DNA from: Eledone cirrhosa
Taxonomy: Eukaryota
Direction of reading: 5' to 3'
DNA length: 64,000 bases
Assembly (NCBI GenBank): GCA_964016885.1
Contig: OZ024740.1
Location: 8,618,001-8,682,000 of the forward strand
Below the pieces are notes generated by a model. The model was not told the origin of the DNA, did not search any database, and saw nothing but the letters and a program-made list of their open reading frames with translations. Position 1 is the stretch's first letter, and every line of letters begins with the position of its first letter. Shown here piece by piece: positions 25,012 to 36,200 of the stretch. Position numbers and translations under genes: made by a program.

Positions 25012-28000
25012 ATGAATCTGCGAGCTACCAAGCACCCACGTGAAGCGCCAACCCAGAGACCCTCCCCTACGAGTGTCGACAAATGCCCAAAACTCCGAGT
25101 TGGTACCATCAATGTAGGCTCAATGAAAGGAAGAGCAGGAGAAATCGTAGAAATGCTAGAGCGAAAGGAAGTTGATGTATGCTGTGTGCAAGAGACTAGA
25201 TGGAGAGGAGGGTCTGCTAGAGTCCTTGTAGGAAAAAGCCAGTGCTACAAATTTTTCTGGGTGGGAAATGACGATGGGATGGGTGGTGTAGGTATACTAT
25301 TAGCTGACAAGTGGGTAGATAAAGTAATCTCAGTGTACAGGGTAAATGCAAGAATCATTAAACTCAGACTAGTCCTGAATAAGACAATTACCACAATAAT
25401 ATCAGCTTACGCACCCCAATCGGGGCTGCCAGACGAACTTAAGGATAGGTTTTACGAGTCCCTAATACACACTACTGCTCTAACAGACGACAAGGACTTC
25501 CTAATCATTGCAGGAGATTTTAACGGACACGTAGGTAAACACTGCGACGGCTTCAATAGAGTACATGGAGGCCATGGAGTTGGCACAAGGAATGAGGAAG
25601 GATTCAGACTTCTAGAATTCTGCGACGCCAATGACATGTCGATATGTAACACAAACTTTAAAAAACCCGACAACCACCTGATCACCTATAGATCAGGGGA
25701 GCACTCTAGTCAGTTAGATTTTATCCTCATCAGAGGACGTGACAGATGGACGGTCGTAAACACAAAAGCCTTCCCTAGTGAGGAATGTACATCCCAACAT
25801 AGCTTAGTTGTCAGCGACCTCACGGTCAGAACTAGACGAGCCCTGAAACAGAGGCCAACCTGGAGAAGAAAGATCTGGAAGCTGAAAGTCCCCTCAACCA
25901 GTAACAGATTTAAAGATATTTTACTCAACGCCTACGACAGTAAAGAAGAACAGATAGAGACATTTAACGTAGAAGAGAACTGGGAGTTCCTAAAAAATAA
26001 CTTACTAGAGGCGACGGATGAGGTTTGTGGCTGGAGTAAGACCTCAAGCAGGAGGAGAGTGACTTGGTGGTGGAACAATAAGGTAGATGAAGCAGTCAAG
26101 GCCAAGAGACAGGCATGGAAAGAATGGAAGAACGGGGGGAGCAGGGTACATTACATAGAGACCAAGAGGGAAGCTAGGCGACAAGTATACTTAGCTAGGA
26201 GGGAAGCAGAGGATAGAAAATTCAAGCATGTTTTACAACGTGAGGACCAGAAACAGGAGGTATTCAAGATTGCGAGGCAGTGTGTCAGAGATAGTTGTGA
26301 TGTCATTGGAGAGAAGTGTATCCGGAATGATAAAGGTGAGCTTGCCCTCACAAGTGCTGAGAAGAAAGATGCATGGAAGAGTCATTATGATAGATTACTA
26401 AATGAGGAGAATGCATGGGAAGAAGAGACCCTACCCCACGTAGACCCTATAGAGGGACCAGCAGTACAAGTCAGCGGCAGCGTAGTAAGTAAGGCAATCA
26501 GAGATATGAAGATAGGGAAGGCAACCGGTCCATCGGGTATAGCTGCCGAGATGCTGAAGGCATCTGGGTCTGTAGGTCACACTATAACCACACGTATCGT
26601 TAACCAGGTAATACTAGAGGGGGCCATACCAAAAGATTGGTGCAGTAGCATCATTGTCAACTGCTACAAAGGTAATATTAGGCGATGCACTAGATAGAGG
26701 AAACTATAGAGGTATAAAGTTGATGGACCAGGTCATGAAAGTAACAGAAAGAGTTATAGCACAGCTGATTAGGGACCGGGTGAATATAGACGAGATGCAA
26801 TTTGGGTTTGTTCCAGGGAAAGGCACCACTGATGCGCTCTTCCTTGTGAGGCAATTACAGGAAAAGTACCTAGCTAAAAGTAAGCCACTCTACTTGGCAT
26901 TTGTCGACCTTGAGAAAGCCTTTGACAGAGTTCCACGTGCAGTAATCTGGTGGGCTCTTAGAAAACTAGGAGTAGATGAATGGCTTGTGAAAGCGGTACA
27001 AGCCATGTATAGGGGAGCAGTCAGCAAAGTTAGGATTGGCAATGAGTATAGCGAGGAATTTAGCGTACAGGTTGGGGTCCACCAGGGCTCTGTTCTTAGC
27101 CCTCTCCTGTTCATCATAGTCCTGCAGGCAATAACGGAGGAGTTTAAGACCGGATGCCCATGGGAACTCCTGTATGCTGATGACCTCGCACTCATAGCTG
27201 AATCTATGGTAGAACTAGAGAATAAATTCCAAACCTGGAAGCAGGGACTAGAGAGAAAGGGCCTCAAAGTCAACATGACAAAGACTAAGGTCCTTATAAG
27301 TAGACGAGAAAACAGAACCCAGATCCCCTCAGGGAAATGGCCTTGCTCAGTATGTAGGAAAGGTGTAGGTAGGAACTCCATTCTTTGCCCCAAATGCAAA
27401 CAATGGGTACACAAGAGATGTAGCGGGATCTCAGGAAGCTTAATTAAGAATGTAGGATTCACATGCAGCAGCTGTGCTGAAACAGCAAGCAAACAGCCAC
27501 AGGAAACAAGTACCACCAATCTCTGGGAGGGCCCTGTAGAAACAGTAGACAGCTTCTGCTACCTAGGTGACCGAATTAGCAACGGAGGTGGGTGCTCAGA
27601 AAGTACAATAACTAGGGTAAGAACGGGATGGAAGAAGTTTAGGGAACTACTACCACTGCTAGCTGCAAAAGGCTTCTCCCTCAGAATGAAAGGCAGACTG
27701 TATGATGCGTGTATCCGAACAGCAATGTTGCATGGTAGTGAGACCTGGGCGCTGAAGGTGGAAGACTTACGTAGATTAGAGAGAAACGAAGCCTGCATGC
27801 TCCGATGGATGTGTAACAGTAATATACGTGAACGACAAAGCATAAATGAATTGAGAGAGAGACTGAGCATAAGAGGAATCAAATGCTGCGTGCAGGAGAG
27901 GCGGTTACGCTGGTATGGACATGTGATGCGTATGAAGGATGACAGCTGCATAAAAAGGTGCAGAGCACTAGAAGTTGATGGAAACCGCGGAGTGGGGAGA

Positions 28001-28135
28001 CCCAAGATGACTTGGGATGAGGTGATAAAAGCCGACCTTACCCAACTACACCTCTCAAAGTCAATGACACACGACCGTGACTTCTGGCGTCACGCAGTAA
28101 TACAGGGTACCCGACCTCCCATGGGTACATGCTGA
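25012..28135 (+). pseudogene. RTE endonuclease-reverse transcriptase ORF (~1039 aa if repaired), split by one 4-bp insertion at ~26676-26679
   Basis: APE motifs GTINVGSM, CCVQETRW, SAYAPQ, IAGDFNGH, QLDFIL, SQH in ORF 25012..26697. RT motifs NYRGI, QFGF..GKGTTDA, FVDLEKAFDRV, GVHQGSVLSPLLF, LLYADDL, GLKVN..KTK, FCYLG in ORF 26654..28135. Removing TATT from ggt-aa[tatt]a-ggc restores CYKGKGDALDRGNYRG and fuses the two frames (3120 nt). Confidence 0.92.
27344..27475 (+). other. C4HC3 PHD-type zinc finger inserted in the RT between the KTK motif and the FxYLG motif
   Basis: CSVC-x10-CPKC-x4-H-x2-C-x14-CSSC (WPCSVCRKGVGRNSILCPKCKQWVHKRCSGISGSLIKNVGFTCSSC) matches the PHD ligand spacing, including the W-x-H-x-x-C core. 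Confidence 0.8.
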
Positions 28136-28375
28136 AGCATATAAACAATATGCCCCCCCCCCCCACCGCAAGGTGGTCGTGGAGGTGCCACGGCAAAAAA
28201 GCACCCAGCCCACACTGTAAAGTGGACGTGTAGGCGCCACGAAAAAGCACCCAGCACTCACTGTAAATGAGGTTGGTGTTAGGAAGGGCATCCAGCTGTA
28301 GAAATCAAGCCAGATCAGTTCCTGTATGAGCAAGGCATGGTCAGCCGACCAGACACTGCCCACAACAGGACAACC

Positions 28376-28408
28376 CGTCTAACCCATGCTAGCGTGGAAG
28401 AACGGACG
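28376..28408 (+). promoter_or_regulatory. Predicted 3'-terminal RNA stem-loop of the LINE (putative RT recognition element); equivalents at 21830-21862 and 23231-23263
   Basis: CGTC(C/T)-aac-CCATG-c(a/t)ag-C(A/G)TGG-aa..ac-GGACG lies immediately before the tail in all three copies. The stem substitutions give G-U pairs. Confidence 0.65.
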
Positions 28409-28971
28409 TAAAACGGTGATGATGATGATGATGATGATATCAGTTTCTATTGGTATATCAGTTTCTATTGGTATATCAGTTTCGATTGATATATCAGTTT
28501 CGATTAGTATGTCAGTTTCTATTGGTATGTCAGTTTCAATTAGTTTCTTAGTTTCTATTGGTATGTCAGTTTTCGATTGTTATGTCAGTTTCTATTGGTA
28601 TATCAGTTTCTATTGGTATGTCTGTTTCTATTGGTATGTCTGTTTCTATTTGTATATCAGTTTCGATTGGTATATCAATTCTGATTGGTATGTCAATTTC
28701 AATTGGTATGTCAGTTTGGATTGGTATATCAGTTTCGATCGGTATGTCAGTGTCGATTGGTATGTCAATTTCGATTGGTATATCAGTTTCGAATGGTATG
28801 TCAATCTCGATTGGTATGTCAGTTTCGAATGGTATGTCAGTTTCTATCGTTATATCTGTTTCGATTGGTATATCAGTTTTGATTGGTATGTCAGTTTCGA
28901 TTGGTATGTCAGTTTCTATTGGTATATCAGTTTCGTTTGTTATATCAGTTTCGATTAGTATGTCAGTTTCT

Positions 28972-29313
28972 ATTGGTATGTCAGTTTCGATTAGTTTATC
29001 AGTTTCTATTGGTATGTCAGTTTCGATTGGTATGTCAGTTTCTATTGGTATATCAGTTTCTATTGGTATATCAATTTCTATTGGTATGTCTGTTTCTATT
29101 GGTATATCAGTTTCGATTGGTAATTCAGTCTCGATTGGTATGTCAGTTTCGATTAGTTTATCAGTTTCTATTGGTATGTCAGTTTCGATTGGTATGTCAG
29201 TTTCTATTGGTATATCAGTTTCTATTGGTATATCAATTTCTATTGGTATGTCTGTTTCTATTGGTATATCAGTTTCGATTGGTAATTCAGTCTCGATTGG
29301 TATGTCAGTTTCG
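28972..29313. repeat. 162-bp (9-monomer) local tandem duplication
   Basis: The rare variant ggtaattcagtctcg occurs at 29119 and 29281, with the same run of preceding monomers. Confidence 0.8.
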
Positions 29314-30287
29314 CTTGGTATGTCAGTTTCGATTGGTATATCAGTTTCGATTGGTATATCAGTTTCGATTGGTATGTCAGTTTCGATTGGCATGTTAGAC
29401 TCGATTGTTATGTCAGTTTCGATTGATATGTCAGTTTCGATTGGTATGTCAGTTTCGATTGGTATGTCAGTTTCGATTGGTATATCAGTTTCGAATGGTA
29501 TGTCAATTTCGATTGGTATGTCAGTTTGGATTGGTATATCAGTTTCGCCGGTATGTCAGTTTCGATTGCTATGTCAGTTTCGATTGTCATATCAGTTTTG
29601 AATGGTATGTCAATCTCGATTGGTATGTCAATTTCGATTGGTGTATCAGTTTCGATTAGTATGTCAGTTTCTATTGGTATATCAGTTTCGATTGGTATAT
29701 CAGTTTCTGTTGGTATGTCAGTTTTGATTGGTATGTCAGTTTCTATTGGTATGTCAGTTTCGATTAGTTTCTTAGTTTCTATTGGTATGTCAGTTTCGAT
29801 TGGTATGTCAGTTTCGATTGGTATATCAGTTTCGAATGGTATGTCAATCTTGATTGGTATGTCAGTTTTGAATGGTATGTCAGTTTCTATTGTTATATCT
29901 GTTTCGATTGGTATGACAGTTTCGATTAGAATATCAGTTTCTATAAGTATGTCAGTTTCTATTGGTATATCAGTTTCGATTGGTATATCAGTTTCGATTG
30001 GTATGTCAGTTTCGATTGGTATGTCAGTTACTATTGGTATATCAGTTTCGATTGATATATCAGTTTCGATTGGTATGTCAGTTTCGATTGGTATGACAGT
30101 TTCTATTGGTATATCAGTTTCGTTTGTTATATCAGTTTCGATTAGTATGTCAGTTTCTATTGGTATGTCAGTTTAGATTGGTATGTCAGTTTCGATTGCT
30201 ATGTCAGTTTCGATTGTCATATCAGTTTTGAATGGTATGTCAATCTCGATTGGTATGTCAATTTCGATTGGTATATCAGTTTCGATT

Positions 30288-33200
30288 AGTATGTCAGTTT
30301 CTATTGGTATATCAGTTTCTATTGGTATATCAGTTTCTATTGGTATATCAGTTTCGATTGATATATCACTTTCGATTAGTATGTCAGTTTCTATTGGTAT
30401 GTCAGTTTCAATTAGTTTCTTAGTTTCTATTGGTATGTCAGTTTTCGATTGTTATGTCAGTTTCTATTGGTATATCAGTTTCTATTGGTAGGTCAATTTC
30501 GATTGGTATGTCAGTTTGGATTGGTATATCAGTTTCGATCGGTATGTCAGTTTCGATTGGTATGTCAATTTCGATTGGTATATCAGTTTCGATTAGTATG
30601 TCAGTTTCTATTGATATTTCAATTTCGATTGGTATGTCAGTTTCGATTGGTATGTCAGTTTCTATTGGTATATCAGTTTCGATTGATATATCAGTTTCGA
30701 TTTGTATGTCAGTTTCTATTGGTATGTCTGTTTCTATTGCTATATCAGTTTCGATTGGTATATCAGTTTCGATTAGTATGTCAGTTTCTATTGGGATATC
30801 AGTTTCTATTGGTATATCTGTTTCGATAGGTATGTCAGGTTTCTATTGGAATGTAAGTTTCAATTGGTATGTCAGTTTCGATTGGTATTCCAGTTTCGAT
30901 TGGTATATCAGTTTAGATTGGTATGTGAGTTTCGATTTGTATATCGGTTTTCGAATGGTATATCAATCTCGATTGGTATGTGAGTTTCGAATGGTATGTC
31001 AGTTTCTATTGGTATATCATATTCGATTGGTATGACAGTTTCAATTAGTATATCAGTTTCTATAAGTATGTCAGTTTCTATTGGTATATCAATTTCGATT
31101 GGTTTATCAGTTTCGATTGGTATGTCAGTTTTGATTGGTATGTCAGTTTCGATTGGTATATCAATTTCTATTGATATATCAGTTTTGATTAGTATGTCAG
31201 TTTCTATTGGTATATCAGTTTCGATTAATTTATCAGTTTCTATTTGTACGTCAGTTTCGATAGGTTTGTCAGGTTTCTATTGGTATGTCAGTTTCAATTG
31301 GTATGTCAGTTTCGATTGGTTTATCAGTTCCGATTGGTATGTCAATTTCGATGGGTATATCAGTTTGGATTGGTATATCAGTTTCGATCTGTATGTCAGT
31401 TTCGATTGCTATGTCAGTTTCGATTGTTATATCAGTTTTGAATGTTATGTCAATCTCTATTGGTATGTCAATTTCGATTGGTATAACAGTTTCTATTAGT
31501 ATGTCAGTTTCTATTGGTATATCAGTTTCGATTGGTATATCAGTTGCGATTGGTATGTCAGTTTCTATTGGTATGTCTGTTTCTATTGCTATATCAGTTT
31601 TGATTGGTATATCAGTTTCGATTGGTATATCAGTGTCGATTGGTATGTCAATTTCGATTGGTATATCAGTTTCGATTAGTATGTCAGTTTCTATTGGGAT
31701 ATCACTTTCAAATGGTATATCAGTTTCAATTGGTATGTCAGTTTCTAATGATATATCAGTTTCTATTGGTATGTCTGTTTCTATTGGTATATCAGTTTCA
31801 ATTGGTATGTCAGTTTCGATTAGTATATCAGTATCTATTGGTATGTCAGTTTCGATTGGTATGTCAGTCTCGATTGTTATGTCAGTTTCGATTGTTATGT
31901 CAGTTTCGTTGGTATACCAGTTTCGATTGGTATATCAGTTTAGATTGGTATGTCAGTTTCGATTGGTATGTCAGTTTCGATTGTTATATCAGTTTCGATT
32001 GGTATGTCAGTTTCGATTGGTATATCAGTTTAGATTGGTATGTCAGTTTCGATTGGTATGTCAGTTTCGATTGTTATATCAGTTTCGATTGGTATGTAAG
32101 TTTCGAATGGTATGTCAGTTTCTATTGTTATATCTGCTTCGATTGGTATGACAGTTTCGATTAGAAAATCAGTTTCTATAAGTATGTTAGTTTCTATTGG
32201 TATATCAGTTTCGATTGGTATGTCAGTTTCTATTGGTATATCAGTTTCGTTTGTTATATCAGTTTCGATTAGTACGTCAGTTACTATTGGTATGTCAGTT
32301 TCGATTAGTTTATCAGTTTCTATTGGTATGTTCAGTTTCGATTGGTATGTCAGTTTCTATTGGTATATCAGTTTCTATTGGTATATCAGTTTCTATTGGT
32401 ATGTCTGTTTCTATTGCTATATCAGTTTCGATTGGTATATCAGTTTCGATTGGTATGTCAGTTTCGATTGGTATGTCAGTTTCGATTGGTATATCAGTTT
32501 CGATTGGTATATCAGTTTCGATTGGTATGTCAGTTTTGATTGGTATTTCAGACTCGATTGTTATGTCAGTTTCGATTGGTATGTCAGTTTCGATTGGTAT
32601 ACGAGTTTCGATTGGTATATCAGTTTAGATTGGTATATCAGTTTCGAATGGTATGTCAATCTCGATTGGTATGTATGTTTCTATTGGTATGTCTGTTTCG
32701 ATTGAAATATCAGTTCCGATTGGTATGTCAATTTCGATTGGTATGTCAGTTTGGATTGGTATATCAATTTCGATCGGTATGTCAATTTCGATTGCTATAT
32801 CAGTTTCGATTAGTATGTCAGTTTCTATTGGTATATCAGTTTCGATTAGTATATCAGTTTCTGTTGGTATGTCAGTTTTCGATTGGTATGTCAGTTTCTA
32901 TTGGTATATCAGTTTCTATTGGTATGTCTGTTTCTATTGGTATGTCTGTTTCTATTTGAATATCAGTTTCGATTGGTATATCAATTCCGATTGGTATGTC
33001 AATATCGATTGGTATGTCAGTTTGGATTGGTATATCAGTTTCGATCGGTACGTCAGTTTCGATTGGTATGTCAATTTCGATTGGTAAATCAGTTTGGATT
33101 GGTATATCAGCTTCGAATGGTATGTCAATCTCGATTGGTATGTCAGTTTCGAATGGTATGTCAGTTTCTATTGGTATGTCTGTTTCGATTGGTATGACAG

Positions 33201-36200
33201 TTTCTATTAGAATATCAGTTTCTATAAGTATGTCAGTTTCTATTGGTATATCAGTTTCGATTGGTATATCAGTTTCGATTGGTATGTCAGTTTCGATTGG
33301 TATGTCAGTTTCGATTGGTATGTCAGTCTCAATTGTTATGTCAGTTTGATTGTCATGTCAGTTTCGTTGGTATACCAGTTTCGATTGGTATATCAGTTTC
33401 GATTGGTATGTCAGTTTCGATTGGTATGTCAGTTTCGGATGGTATGTCAGTTTAGATTGGTATGTCTGTTTCGATTGGTATGACATTTTCTATTAGAATA
33501 TCAGTTTCTATAAGTATGTCAGTTTCTATTGGTATATCAGTTTCTATTGGTATATCAGTTTCTATTGGTATATCAGTTTCGATTGATATATCACTTTCGA
33601 TTAGTATGTCAGTTTCTATTGGTATGTCAGTTTCAATTAGTTTCTTAGTTTCTATTGGTATGTCAGTTTTCGATTGTTATGTCAGTTTCTATTGGTATAT
33701 CAGTTTCTATTGGTAGGTCAATTTCGATTGGTATGTCAGTTTGGATTGGTATATCAGTTTCGATCGGTATGTCAGTTTCGATTGGTATGTCAATTTCGAT
33801 TGGTATATCAGTTTCGATTAGTATGTCAGTTTCTATTGATATTTCAATTTCGATTGGTATGTCAGTTTCGATTGGTATGTCAGTTTCTATTGGTATATCA
33901 GTTTCGATTGATATATCAGTTTCGATTTGTATGTCAGTTTCTATTGGTATGTCTGTTTCTATTGCTATATCAGTTTCGATTGGTATATCAGTTTCCATTA
34001 GTATGTCAGTTTCTATTGGGATATCAGTTTCTATTGGTATATCTGTTTCGATAGGTATGTCAGGTTTCTATTGGAATGTAAGTTTCAATTGGTATGTCAG
34101 TTTCGATTGGTATTCCAGTTTCGATTGGTATATCAGTTTAGATTGGTATGTGAGTTTCGATTTGTATATCAGTTTTCGAATGGTATATCAATCTCGATTG
34201 GTATGTGAGTTTCGAATGGTATGTCAGTTTCTATTGGTATATCATATTCGATTGGTATGACAGTTTCAATTAGTATATCAGTTTCTATAAGTATGTCAGT
34301 TTCTATTGGTATATCAATTTCGATTGGTTTATCAGTTTCGATTGGTATGTCAGTTTTGATTGGTATGTCAGTTTCGATTGGTATATCAATTTCTATTGAT
34401 ATATCAGTTTTGATTAGTATGTCAGTTTCTATTGGTATATCAGTTTCGATTAATTTATCAGTTTCTATTTGTACGTCAGTTTCGATAGGTTTGTCAGGTT
34501 TCTATTGGTATGTCAGTTTCAATTGGTATGTCAGTTTCGATTGGTTTATCAGTTCCGATTGGTATGTCAATTTCGATGGGTATATCAGTTTGGATTGGTA
34601 TATCAGTTTCGATCTGTATGTCAGTTTCGATTGCTATGTCAGTTTCGATTGTTATATCAGTTTTGAATGTTATGTCAATCTCTATTGGTATGTCAATTTC
34701 GATTGGTATAACAGTTTCTATTAGTATGTCAGTTTCTATTGGTATATCAGTTTCGATTGGTATATCAGTTGCGATTGGTATGTCAGTTTCTATTGGTATG
34801 TCTGTTTCTATTGCTATATCAGTTTTGATTGGTATATCAGTTTCGATTGGTATATCAGTGTCGATTGGTATGTCAATTTCGATTGGTATATCAGTTTCGA
34901 TTAGTATGTCAGTTTCTATTGGGATATCACTTTCAAATGGTATATCAGTTTCAATTGGTATGTCAGTTTCTAATGATATATCAGTTTCTATTGGTATGTC
35001 TGTTTCTATTGGTATATCAGTTTCAATTGGTATGTCAGTTTCGATTAGTATATCAGTATCTATTGGTATGTCAGTTTCGATTGGTATGTCAGTCTCGATT
35101 GTTATGTCAGTTTCGATTGTTATGTCAGTTTCGTTGGTATACCAGTTTCGATTGGTATATCAGTTTAGATTGGTATGTCAGTTTCGATTGGTATGTCAGT
35201 TTCGATTGTTATATCAGTTTCGATTGGTATGTCAGTTTCGATTGGTATATCAGTTTAGATTGGTATGTCAGTTTCGATTGGTATGTCAGTTTCGATTGTT
35301 ATATCAGTTTCGATTGGTATGTAAGTTTCGAATGGTATGTCAGTTTCTATTGTTATATCTGCTTCGATTGGTATGACAGTTTCGATTAGAAAATCAGTTT
35401 CTATAAGTATGTTAGTTTCTATTGGTATATCAGTTTCGATTGGTATGTCAGTTTCTATTGGTATATCAGTTTCGTTTGTTATATCAGTTTCGATTAGTAC
35501 GTCAGTTACTATTGGTATGTCAGTTTCGATTAGTTTATCAGTTTCTATTGGTATGTTCAGTTTCGATTGGTATGTCAGTTTCTATTGGTATATCAGTTTC
35601 TATTGGTATATCAGTTTCTATTGGTATGTCTGTTTCTATTGCTATATCAGTTTCGATTGGTATATCAGTTTCGATTGGTATGTCAGTTTCGATTGGTATG
35701 TCAGTTTCGATTGGTATATCAGTTTCGATTGGTATATCAGTTTCGATTGGTATGTCAGTTTTGATTGGTATTTCAGACTCGATTGTTATGTCAGTTTCGA
35801 TTGGTATGTCAGTTTCGATTGGTATACGAGTTTCGATTGGTATATCAGTTTAGATTGGTATATCAGTTTCGAATGGTATGTCAATCTCGATTGGTATGTA
35901 TGTTTCTATTGGTATGTCTGTTTCGATTGAAATATCAGTTCCGATTGGTATGTCAATTTCGATTGGTATGTCAGTTTGGATTGGTATATCAATTTCGATC
36001 GGTATGTCAATTTCGATTGCTATATCAGTTTCGATTAGTATGTCAGTTTCTATTGGTATATCAGTTTCGATTAGTATATCAGTTTCTGTTGGTATGTCAG
36101 TTTTCGATTGGTATGTCAGTTTCTATTGGTATATCAGTTTCTATTGGTATGTCTGTTTCTATTGGTATGTCTGTTTCTATTTGAATATCAGTTTCGATTG

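Larger units (their letters stand above)
24591..28438 (+). mobile_element. Near full-length RTE-clade non-LTR retrotransposon (subfamily B), ~3.85 kb: 5' UTR, single APE-RT ORF, 3' UTR, (GAT)n tail
   Basis: Single-ORF APE+RT architecture, RLRWYGHV C-terminal motif and short tandem-repeat tail (tgatgatgat..., 28417-28438) are typical of RTE-clade LINEs. Sharp junctions with the satellite at 24590/24591 and about 28437-28441. Confidence 0.95.

Noticed and set aside
25786-25803. TSQH instead of the usual SDH at the APE catalytic end as an inactivating mutation
   Set aside because: To my knowledge, xQH at this position is a common natural variant in RTE-clade endonucleases, and the other catalytic motifs (QE, Y, GDFN, D) are intact.
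26654-26697. Two-ORF organisation or programmed frameshift between endonuclease and RT
   Set aside because: The break lies inside the conserved YKGKGD motif, is explained by one 4-bp insertion, and has no slippery heptamer.
25452-28363. Antisense ORFs inside the LINE (25452-25685, 25710-25928, 26151-26351, 26890-27519, 27559-28005, 28038-28363)
   Set aside because: They are shadow frames of the APE-RT ORF and UTR with no recognisable motifs.
28417-28460. The satellite originating from the LINE (GAT)n tail, or being a telomeric repeat with telomere-type retrotransposons
   Set aside because: Similarity is limited to 2-4 nt at the junction. The monomer does not match known telomerase repeats, and the LINEs are separated by satellite rather than forming head-to-tail arrays.
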